A stretch of DNA of 64,000 nt from Camelus dromedarius. Taxonomy: Eukaryota. The translations under genes were made by a program, and so were the position numbers. The first letter of the stretch is position 1. Every line of letters begins with the position of its first letter. The DNA lies in contig NC_087437.1 in the NCBI RefSeq assembly GCF_036321535.1, positions 28,832,001 to 28,896,000 of the forward strand. Direction: 5' to 3'. Below the pieces are notes generated by a model that was not told the origin of the DNA, did no database searches, and was given only the letters and a program-made list of their open reading frames with translations. Shown here in pieces: positions 27,111-38,175 of this stretch.

Positions 27111-29069
27111 CTACTGTTATATGTTATTATTATGGTTAACTTTGCACATTCTTTGCATTTCCAATTATATTGTTAGTCTTTTAAAATCAGGCATTTACAT
27201 CATTGATCAAATAAAAAATAAATTAATACAAAATGTTTGAGGTAAGTCACTTAAAGATATGAAACATATTCTTTTCATACCTTTAAAGCATTTGTAATTG
27301 GTATTCAAGCATCAATAAATACTGATATGTTATTGGGTTTTAGATGGTGTTTTATTTTTTCCTTTATTAAATCTAGTTCAATGTATTACAAATAGAAAGT
27401 TAACAAAGTCAACAAAAGAATAACTGAATACATACAAGTCATTCCCAAAAGGCACAATTTTGATTTAAAATATAATTTAAACATATTATAAATCTGCAAT
27501 TAAATATGTGGAATGTAAAAGCAGTGTTTATAAAATTTACCTTTTCAATATTATTTTAAAAGGTCTGTGGTGCACTTAGGACAACAACCTCCTCCAAATT
27601 CCTTGTAGAGTGTCAAGTTTTCTGAAAGTACTTAATGGCATCTGGACCAAGCATACATTTCAGAACACTCACATTATGAGTTAATACATTTGCAAAAGAC
27701 TTCTGAATGAGGTTACATATTGCTTATGTTGCAAATGAAAAATGCAAAGGAGTGAGGAGTTAGGACCTACTGAGTACCAACAGAACTCAATGTTTTTCTC
27801 TGCTTCCCTCTCTCTCTTAATAGACAATCATCCTAGTCAATACCATTCTAATCAAACAATATGTTAATGTTTCATGTTAAGGCTCAGAATTACAGAATCA
27901 TATATGAAAGAAAAAATCAAATTCAACTCCCTTATTTTATAGATGAGAAAACTGAGGCCTGTAGCATTCATCTCAATTGAGACTGTATCAAAACAGTAAT
28001 ACTGATGCCCTTGAGTTATGTACTCCATTTTTATCACTGCTTTTCATGCTGTTCAACTGACTACAACTCAAAATACTAGTGAGCTCACCATGCCATGTGT
28101 TTGGATTTGGTCCTTTCTCCATCTGTCTCTCGAAAGGACTGTCTGGGTCTTGTGGGGAATTTTTTCTTTGTGGGATCAAGGCCAGGAGCTGGTGGTTTTG
28201 AGTATTTTTTAAGAGAAGAGTATCATGTAACATCTGAGACTAGAAAGCCTCTTTATAGCATATATCTACAGATATTTTCTTTTTGGATTTTTTCCTTCAA
28301 AGAGAAAAGTCTTTGTGACTATTTCACATAAAACATATTGTTAATCAGTAAACTGTCAAAAATCGCTCGATTCCATCCCTGTGTGGGCCCATTTAAACAT
28401 GTCCCTCAACAACTAATAATTCATTTAGTTCCCAACCAAACTTACTCAGCTACAATTTTGAAATGAATTTTTCAATAAACGTAGTATTAAAGGAAGTCCC
28501 AACCAATATTGTTAGGGTACTTATCAGAGATCATTGTGACTAATCTCTTTAACCTAAAGAAATAGGATTGGTAATAAATTTCCCAAACTATACCTTAATC
28601 ACTTTGGAGCTGAAATTGCCTTTACATCTTTCTATATAAGTTATATTTAATATTCAAGTTATTTCCCGAACAATATGTTGTTTTGTTGTTGTTGTTATTA
28701 TTATTATTATTTTACTGCAGCCTCTGATTTTTTTTTTTTTTTTTTAGCCTCTTATCTTTAGTTAATGTACCAGACAGGAAGATTTGGAGACCCTGCACTG
28801 TAAGTAGATGGTAGATAACAAGTTAATTGTGCTGACGCAATGTGAAGTATCGCCTAACAATATTTCTAAAAAGTCCATTCAGAAATTCTCACGTTGATGT
28901 CATCAATGATGTCGGTTTATTAGCATTTGATTAAGAAAACACAATACTGAAATAAAAAGGAAAAAGCAAACTAGAAGGGCAGAAAGGCTCTCCCGATCTC
29001 CCTCCCCACCCTCCCTCCTTTGAAAGCTTCCTGGGAGTAGCAGGTTCCTGCCAACTGCCAGGAATGCAG

Positions 29070-30830
29070 TCCCGGTGAAGCGCAGCGCACCGAGCCGCAG
29101 GGCGTTCCCAGCTGGGGATTGCTGGCTCCTTGGAACCTGCGAACACCTGGCGCGGTCCTCGAGGGCCCTAGTGACTTCAGTCTCATTCTGATCGGCTCCA
29201 GGGTAGTAGGCAGAAGACTCTGAACGGTGAGAGGGGTTTCCTGCGTGTCAGCAACTTCACTTTGCCGAGACAGCTGGCGGAAGAGCGAAGGAACGCTCGC
29301 GGGCCAATCGCTCCCCAGCAGCCAAACATGATCGCGAACAAGCGTGCCCCTCGCCCTTGCCGCGGACTCCGGTAGCGGCAGCGGGGCAGAAGCGGATCGC
29401 GCCGGGCCACGGCGAAGATCGGCTCCCCAGAAGACGCCTCCGGCTGGAGGTGAACACCCTGGGGAGCGTGGGCTGGCAACCCGGCGGTCTTGGCGGAGGC
29501 ACGCCCCTCGCCTCCCCGCGGAGGGCGGACTTGCCCGGGTGTCCAAACTCCGCCCACCCTCGCGGGGAGCCCGGCTCGCCCTCCCGCAGCCTGCACTCAG
29601 GACTGAGCAGAGCTCTAGAAGGGCCTGCGAGCTCACACAGACGGCGAATCGGACGCGACCCAGAAGCGCACGAGTCTGCGGCCATGCGCGCTCCGATGGC
29701 CCCCAGAGGCTGAGCGCAGGGTGGGTGGAGGCAGCGGCGCGGGCCCCAGAGCCGACCTGCTGTCTTGCACGGTAGGGAGAAGGAAGATGCCCAAACGAAG
29801 TTGATCTTGGGGGAAGGAGGCTGGGGCGCGCCCTCCCCACGCCTGAGCGCAGCGCAGCGAGTTTAGCTCGACCCGGCTGAGCCCCTGGCGCGCTCTCCAG
29901 CGCGAACCCGCGGCCCCTCGGGAAAGCGCAGTCGGAAAGTTGTCGGCGCCGGTGTCCTGAGCGCCCTGTTGTGTAACCTCGGCGCTGCCAGCCGGACCGG
30001 GAAGTTGCTGGTTATCCGGCCAGCCCGGTTCGGTCGCGACCGGGGGTGGCTTTCATGGCCCGCGGCGAACGCGGGGCCGGAGACGGCGTGGGCGAGTCCC
30101 CGCGCGCCCCCTCCCGCAGGGATCCTCGGCTCCCGCTTCAGTCCGCTCGCCCGCCTTTCCGATGCTCGCTGCGCCCTTCGCCGCCGCCGCCCTCTCGCCG
30201 CCGCTTGCCCCTTGGAGCCGCCGCTTAAGTCGGGGAGGAGAGAATGACCGAGGTGCTGTGGCCGGCGGTCCCCAACGGGACGGACGCTGCCTTCTTGGCC
30301 GGCCCGGGCTCGCCCTGGGGGAACAGCACAGTCGCCTCTACCGCCGCCGTCGCCGCCGGCCCGTACAAATGCGCACTGACCAAGACAGGCTTCCAGTTCT
30401 ACTACCTGCCGACTGTCTACATCTTGGTGTTCATTATCGGCTTCCTGGGCAACAGCGTGGCCATCTGGATGTTCGTCTTCCACATGAAGCCGTGGAGCGG
30501 AATCTCCGTGTACATGTTCAACTTGGCCCTGGCCGACTTCTTGTACGTGCTGACCCTGCCAGCGCTCATCTTCTACTACTTCAATAAGACAGACTGGATT
30601 TTCGGGGATGCCATGTGCAAGCTGCAGAGGTTCATCTTCCACGTGAACCTGTATGGCAGCATCTTGTTTCTAACCTGCATCAGCGCGCACCGGTACAGCG
30701 GGGTGGTGTACCCGCTCAAGTCCCTGGGCCGGCTCAAGAAGAAGAACGCGGTCTACATCAGCGTGCTGGTGTGGCTTATCGTGGTGGTGGTGATCTCCCC
30801 CATCCTCTTCTACTCGGGCACCGGGATCCG
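29070..30830. promoter_or_regulatory. CpG island: P2RY1 promoter, 5' leader and first half of the CDS
   Basis: Abrupt shift to very GC- and CpG-rich sequence in an otherwise CpG-depleted window. CCAAT at 29304-29308, GC boxes at 29523-29528 and 29550-29555, no obvious TATA. The exact TSS cannot be read from sequence. Confidence 0.9.
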
Positions 30831-31368
30831 GAAAAACAAAACCATCACCTGCTATGACACCACCTCAGATGAGTACCTACGAAGTTATTTCATCTACAGC
30901 ATGTGCACGACCGTGGCCATGTTCTGTGTCCCCTTGGTGCTGATTTTGGGCTGTTACGGATTAATTGTGAGAGCTTTGATTTACAAAGACCTGGACAACT
31001 CGCCTCTGAGAAGGAAATCCATTTACCTGGTGATTATTGTACTGACTGTTTTTGCTGTGTCTTACATCCCTTTCCACGTGATGAAAACAATGAATTTGAG
31101 GGCCCGGCTGGATTTTCAGGCCCCAGGAATGTGTGCTTTCAATGACAGGGTTTATGCCACTTATCAGGTGACAAGAGGTCTAGCAAGTCTCAACAGCTGT
31201 GTGGACCCCATTCTCTATTTCTTGGCAGGAGATACTTTCAGAAGGAGACTCTCCCGAGCCACCAGGAAAGCTTCCAGAAGAAGTGAGGCAAATTTGCAAT
31301 CTAAGAGTGAAGACATGACCCTCAATATTTTATCCGAGTTCAAGCAGAATGGAGATACAAGCTTGTGA
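30244..31368 (+). CDS. P2RY1: P2Y purinoceptor 1 (ADP receptor, class A GPCR), intronless CDS, 374 aa
   Basis: MTEVLWPAVPNGTDAAFLAG N-terminus, 7 hydrophobic segments, GN (TM1), LALAD (TM2), HRY in place of DRY, DPILY in place of NPxxY, C-terminal PDZ ligand DTSL. Near-identical to recalled mammalian P2Y1. Confidence 0.99.
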   Translation: MTEVLWPAVPNGTDAAFLAGPGSPWGNSTVASTAAVAAGPYKCALTKTGFQFYYLPTVYILVFIIGFLGNSVAIWMFVFHMKPWSGISVYMFNLALADFLYVLTLPALIFYYFNKTDWIFGDAMCKLQRFIFHVNLYGSILFLTCISAHRYSGVVYPLKSLGRLKKKNAVYISVLVWLIVVVVISPILFYSGTGIRKNKTITCYDTTSDEYLRSYFIYSMCTTVAMFCVPLVLILGCYGLIVRALIYKDLDNSPLRRKSIYLVIIVLTVFAVSYIPFHVMKTMNLRARLDFQAPGMCAFNDRVYATYQVTRGLASLNSCVDPILYFLAGDTFRRRLSRATRKASRRSEANLQSKSEDMTLNILSEFKQNGDTSL

Positions 31369-34300
31369 AGAGGCCAGAATCCCCAAACACCCACTTTTGT
31401 AACATGGTAGGATGCTAAATAGAGCCGAGTGCTTTTTTCCCCTTTTATTTAAGTTTCTAGTAAGTTTAGAAAAAATTCAAACTAAGAAAGCAGTAAGTCA
31501 AAAAAAAAAAAAAAATAGAACTGGAAATGCCTACACCCACACTTAGCTTGTTTGGGTTTGCTTTCAAGGACTTCCTTATTTCTAACCAGGAGTATGTAAA
31601 ATAAAATAATATCCTACTTAAACATTTACTTTCTCTTCTGCCTTTAAAATTTACAAGCTCTTCTGTTTAAAGTGCACATGAGTACTGGAACTATTTTGAT
31701 ATTAATACTTTCTCCAAGAAAACTGACCACCTGCAACATGAATTTGTGATTCGTCTCGTCTTTCATGTTTTGAATAATCTGAGGTGGGAACAAATTGAAA
31801 CTCCACATTATCAAATTAGTGGAGTACAGCAAAACACTAAACTCGGTTCATTCAGTATCAGATGAACAGATTTTAGCTGAGTGTCTTTTTTGGTCCTGTA
31901 AGTATAGGTGGTGGCTGGCTGAGTTTCTTTGGAGAATTGAATGGAGAAGTAAAGTCAATGAATTTAAAAGCCTAAAAAAGTGATGGTTTCCCAGTTATTT
32001 CTAGAAAACTGCTCACTCTATGTCGGGTGCTAATTGTTTGGTGGTGGAATCCTGCATACATTATCTTACAAGTAAAATACCTTCAAAATAATCAGAGTGC
32101 ATGTACTTTCCTTGTAAACACCATGAACTCTGTGTAAGATTTCCTGTGATAAAGAGCATTTACTTGCACCACTGCTGTGCAGTGGCCTTAGCAGCGTGAT
32201 TGTGTTCCAGGACAAATGCTCACTTAACATCTGTAAAAACAATTTTAAAAATCACAGATAAATTACAGACCAAAGTTTATTAACTGTTAGCAAGTTGAGG
32301 GAGAGTGGCTGAAAGTCATCCCTAATGCATCACCTGCAAACATAATCTCACGTGTATAAGGCAATGGGGAGGGGGGAGAAGCCATTTTTAAAATGAAGAC
32401 TTTAGTTTAAATTAATCATGGTGTGAAGGCTCTTTTTTTGCTTCTTCCAAATGCTGGAAAACAGTAAGTGGAAATATAAAAAGGAGGCAGAATTTGTATG
32501 GGCTGCGCTGATAGAATGACATACTATGATGCTTTCCTGGATCTTACACCCTCATATCTGAAGGAAAAAGACTCCAAATATATGGGAAAGGGAAATATGA
32601 AGAATTAAATTTAAGTACTTGAAGTACCACAGCACTAAAAAGTAAGGTGGAGAAGCTGCTAATCAAACTAGTAATAGTTTAAGAGAAGACTCCCCATCAG
32701 TGTCTTCTTTTATATTTTCTGTCTGCCAGGAGGTAACGACAGATCTATAAAATACTCCAGTACCTTTAATAATAAACTTTAATGAATACTGAATTGCATT
32801 TCTAGCCCTTGAAATGATCAAATTGTATATAATGCAGAATAATGTGGTACAGTAACACAATTTACAACACTAAATAAATCAACCCAATGTCAAAGGAATT
32901 TTTAATTGTGAAGACATGCCAACAAAGCCAACATCAGAGTCTGCAACTGATGGTGGAATAACTTGTTTGAAAGCACTTCATATGTAAAGCAATTTGGGGC
33001 TGTGTCTCAAGGTGTTAACCTTAGTGCCCTGTGGGACATGGCGACAGGGAAGTCAGAGCTGGGATCCAGTACTTGGCTGTTCCTGGGTGGAGTGTAGACT
33101 TGTGAGACCTTCAATTTTTCCCTAGACTTGCTTCATTTTACTCAGCCTTTGGCCACTAGGTCCAATGAAGAAAAGCTGTTAAACTTCCTAAGGCATGGTA
33201 GTTTGTCACATGTTCAGTGTCACTGCACAGAATTATAGAAACAAAATCAAGAAGAAACCTGTTAGATGTCCCACCTATACCTCCTTGTTTTGAGGAAAGA
33301 GAAGTTTGAGCTAGGTTCTCATCTGGTTAGAGTCCTACAGTGTTGTCTGTTGTGGAATCCTATAAGAAAAAGACTAAGATATGTTATGAATGTATTACCC
33401 CATCAAACGTCATCAAACGTCAACAAGGGTAATAACACTAAATTGGCCAAAATGGAAATGCCAAAGCTTACAACGTCCTTGAATGTGCAGGCTAATGGTA
33501 CATATTTCTATAATATTTTCCCACCATTTACTTTAGTGTTCTTCCTTTTAGGTCTGAGGATGCCAGCCTGGTTTACAGTATGTGTTAAGTACATTGTTTC
33601 AGCTTCCAGAGAACCTTCTTTTGGAGTTTGGATCCAATGTGGAGGTGGGCAGTGACTAGAAATGCCCTTTTACTTCTTGGTGTGCTTTTTCCAGAGTGTT
33701 TCTTCTTTAGCTTCATATATCACATAGTGGACAATGATGACATGCAGATGCATGCCAAACAGTTACAAGAACGACCAACTCCTTCTAGGCACAAATAGGT
33801 CTCTGGGATGAGTCTGCTAATGGTGAAAACATACAGAGGGTCAAGATGATCTATTGGCTGAAAATATGATTCATGACATAGGATGTAAGTAGGTATTTTA
33901 ATAATAAACGTAGAAATCTACTGGCATGTTGATAAAAGAAGAACTAAAGTTATAGAACCTATCAGTTAACTAAATTACACACTACAAAACTGTTTGACTG
34001 CTGAGATCAAGGTATTTTATGGCTCATCCGCTGGCATCTTTGACTCTTTGCACATCAGTGTGTGTTTGCATGGACACAATAAAAAGACAAACCAAGAAGA
34101 GATACATCATGAGAGTGGGATTTGGAGTTAAAACCGTAACACTGTCACTCGGCCAGCTGTGGAACTCTTGACCCTATCAAGACCACTCTCTGTAAGTTAA
34201 AAGGGTTGGATGACATCCAGCTGTTGAAGCCTTAGGGAATGTGGTGAAGCATTAAAACTACAGGCAGCCAGAGGTGCATGAAATCTGCTATTGTATTTTC

Positions 34301-35710
34301 CAGGGTTCTTCAGTTCCAGTCTTTGGCTGAAAATTCGTACAAAGTTCACCAACTGTGATATGGCTATGAAATGTAAGTTTTCTCAGTCTCCTTGGGGCAG
34401 TGCACTTATACTGCCTTTGGAAACAAGAGATGTCAGTGCTTACAGCAGCTGGAATTGGACTAGTGACAATAAAGATGTGTAACTAGTTAGAGATATAGTG
34501 AAGCTTTAACTTTGCTGGTCAAATTGTAACTATTATGATAGTATTTATTGATGAAGCTCATAGTCCTTCAGTTGTACAGACTGAAAAACTTTCTTGAAAG
34601 ATCCAACATACCAATGTAAATTATATTTATTACAATGTATAATATTAATATGTCACACTGGTGTATTTTACATAATATATGATACATAATAGAGTTCCTG
34701 TATATTATGATGCTTTTCAAATATCAGTATCTTGAAATGTTTAAGTCTTCAGATTTTTTAATCTAATCTTTTTTGTGATATAAGTGATTAATTTTCTCTA
34801 GAAATGCTTTTGCACGTTTATCTTTTTATTTAGGGTGCTTTCTATATAGACACAAGTTGGTGTCAAACTGTCATAAAATCGATAGTAAATACAAAAATGT
34901 ATTGTCTACATTTTATATAATATTATAGAAAAGTCTGTATTGTCTTTTCAACATGCTTAAAATTGTGTCCCCAAATACAGTCAGAGTTTCCCATTTCCAA
35001 ATGCAAAAGGCTTGTCCTAAACTCAGAGTAGCTGTTTTAGAAGTCTGGTGGGATGGACATTGCAGATACAACATTAGAATTTAAGGAAATACTTCAGGGA
35101 GATGGGGAGAGAAAGAGGCAGCTGGTGTAATCAGTTACTGTGTTCAATTCTGCTTCAATGCTTATGTTACCGTTTCTTCTTAAGATGAAATAGTGTAATC
35201 TTAATTTCTTTGAGATGGAGTTTCTAAGTAACACACTACCAGCAATCCAACACTGCTAACTTTAATGTTTTCTTTGTACATTTGATAACTTTAGGTCCAA
35301 GTTTTACAGTGATAACTGTATATTATTTGGCTGCTGAATCCTGTTAAAAATTTTTAATTCTGTTGTACACTGCATTATAGACATCATTACAAATTAATAC
35401 GAAGGGGAATATATGTTACATATCAAAAATTGTGAATTTGAATTCTGGTATGTTTTAGTGATTTTGCAAAAATGTTTATTTTTATATTATCTGTGATTTT
35501 CATGGTGGATCATTGAACTAGATTTCTTTGTGATTAATAGTGCCATTGAATGAGCAGTATGGAAACAGTGTTACTTGACATTTTGAGCTTTCTCAGGTTT
35601 ATCTACATCAATGGTATAGTTTAACAAATTTCAGACTAATTGTGCATAATTGTATTATAAAAGGAATGTACATTTCCTATAAGTTTGCATGCAGGAATCT
35701 GTAACTTCTA

Positions 35711-35712
35711 GT

Positions 35713-35745
<33 letters not shown>

Positions 35746-35746
35746 T
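35711..35746. repeat. (GT)n microsatellite, ~18 units with one interruption
   Basis: gtgtgtgagt followed by (gt)13. Confidence 0.95.
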
Positions 35747-35840
35747 CTAAGGCATGGCAGCCAACTTTGTATCTGCTATTGAAAATAACAGCAGAGCTTT
35801 GATATAATCATGGTCATTAGAATTGTAGCTATCATAGATA

Positions 35841-35865
35841 ATTAAAACTGAAAAAACTCAATAAA
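35841..35865 (+). terminator. Candidate distal polyadenylation signals (ATTAAA + AATAAA)
   Basis: Two hexamers 19 nt apart, several upstream TGTA motifs, and T-rich sequence downstream (cttctatgttattat). Confidence 0.5.
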
Positions 35866-37974
35866 ACTCTGAAATGCAGTCTGATGGCTTCTATGTTATT
35901 ATAGAATTAATTGTTACAAATTTCCTCAAATTTTGACATGTACTGTTACACCAACTGGCAAAAACTACTGGAGGTACTGAATTAGCACAGGCATCTCAAT
36001 GTGTAGCCTGGACTGTAAAATGTGAAGTGTTAGATAGTGCAAGATAATTGATAAGATCATCATTATTTGATATTTAATTATTAGGAACTTAATTCTTAGA
36101 GGAAAATATGGAACACAATCTTAATACGTATTTCTCATACTAGTGTTCTGTGTGTAAAACGTTAGCTATAATCTTTGCTCCTCTAATTTTTAATCCACGG
36201 AGGTAGTCATTCTAATAATCCTTTGTGGTTTCTGTTTATCTATTAGCCTACATTGCCTGCTTCTCTCAAGTTTATTAAAAAATATATATATAAATACACA
36301 GTGCTGTGCAGTGCAAAGTGTACATGGAATGGACACATGCTTAAAGCACTTCTACCCTTTCCCCCTCAGTGGCAAAGGTAAGTGCACAATGGTCCCACAC
36401 TGGATTTTTTGATTGTCTACTGAGATAGGTACTCTATCCAGAATCCTGTGGATGGAAAAATGCATATCTCTTGCAGCCCCTAAGATACGTGTCAGTTTTA
36501 ATTCTTTAATTGGCTGTACTATCCAGACTTCACCAATCAGGAACACTTTCTTATTAACATCAGCTTTGGTAGAGGTTTGTGGCTGTACATGTATGTACCT
36601 GTGTGTGTATGTTTATTTAGTGCATACACAGAAATTATACAGATAATTATCTTTCTTATTTAAGAAGAATTTACCATAAAGCTTTGAGCACCTTGTGATT
36701 TTCAAAATCACTTTGGCATTACAGTCTAAGAAACTTCTCTCTAAATATACTGTGTTTAAATTCCCTCTTTACTTTAATGAACTGGAAAGTTTATATTTTC
36801 TTTTCAGAAGGTTTAGAATTTTGCCTAAATATGGTCAGAGTTTACATTTCCAAATGCAAAAAGCATGTCCTAAATTCAAAGTAGATCTGTTGTGATTTAG
36901 AAGTCTGATGGATGGGCCATTAAACATACAACATACGTCATGAGAAATCTGTGTTAATATTAATACTGTGCTTACTTGCTTTAGCCCTGTGGGGTTATAC
37001 GGCTTTGGGGTGGAACTTGGGGACTAACATCCCCAGCCAGCAGGGTTTCTGGGATTGATGATCCAAACAACAGCTGTGGATGGAGTCAGGCCCCTGGGCT
37101 GAGCAGCTGACAGCACTGCAGCCCCTTGGAAATGGTTGTGGGTAAGGGGGTGGGGGATGAGAGACACATGGGAGCAGTCAGTACTGCATGGAGGGGGAAA
37201 ATGCACCATCTTCCCTGATTACCAGATGAGGGGAGATCACCTGCATGAAGGTGGAAACTCCTTGATGATTAGGTTAAAACTGAAAGAGATCTTGGAGATG
37301 TTCCAATTCCATTACCTCAGTTTGCTCATGAGAGTAACGTTTTCATGTTCAAAGGAAGAACTAGCAAAGAACTGAGGGTTCTCACTTCTACTAGAATATT
37401 CCTCCTACATCCCAGAGATCTTCAAACTGTAGATCTTGACCCATCAGTGGGTCTGGTTATGATACGTGCTCGTTTACATAATGAAGCAGAATAGATCAGA
37501 GTCCCTAATTCAGTGAATAAGACTGTGATTTTTAACTCCAGACACATACACACACACACTCATACACAAAACACATGTATGTACTTACATCCTGGGTTAC
37601 AGTGGACATTTGATTTCTTACTGAGGATCCGGTCAAAAATTCAAAACTACACTATACTCATCAGAGTAGGCATGGAGTTATGGAATAGGGCATGAGAGAT
37701 TATTTTTCAAAACTATTTTTAAATAAACACAAAGAATCTTAGTTGTTAATTTTGTTACATGCATTCTTTTTTTTTTAATTATCTTCTTCTGAAGATTTCA
37801 TTTAGAATTCCCAAACAAATTATTAAGGCAGGATGTAGATGACATCTAAGGGTGGTTATTTGCAGTTAAGGATAGTGTAACTGAAACTGAGATTTATGTA
37901 AACTTTGACAGCTTAACTCTTCATACTATCTCCTCTGGTTTGAACAGTTAACAGTAAAATAGCAAATGTCCACT

Positions 37975-38175
37975 ATGTGTAAGAGCACTGGCTTTGAAAT
38001 AAAAATGCCTTAGGTTTGAATCGATCTTCGCCATTTACTATTTGTGTAGCCTGGGCCAGTTACCTAAACCCTCTTGGCTAGGCATAATAATTTGCAGCTC
38101 ATAGGATGTTGGGAGAATGAAACAAAATAAAACAGGCAAAGCACCTATCATGTAATAAACACTCTGTAAATGGCA
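37975..38175 (+). mobile_element. MIR SINE
   Basis: aagagcactggctttgaaat...ggtttgaatc...ccatttactatttgtgtagcctgggccagttacctaa. Confidence 0.75.

Larger units (their letters stand above)
31369..35885 (+). other. P2RY1: Probable long 3' UTR of P2RY1 with alternative polyA signals
   Basis: Largely repeat-poor AT-rich tract. AATAAA at 31600, 32771, 32873, 33903, 34078 and 35860; ATTAAA at 35841. The distal end is inferred. Confidence 0.55.

Noticed and set aside
28971..29840. 289-codon minus-strand ORF and several 118-143-codon ORFs over the CpG island
   Set aside because: Arg/Ala/Pro/Gly-rich with no recognisable domain; open in several frames because stop codons are rare in GC-rich DNA
29863..30642. 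259-codon antisense ORF overlapping P2RY1
   Set aside because: Starts at GTG and is a shadow of the GC3-rich sense codons plus the CpG island
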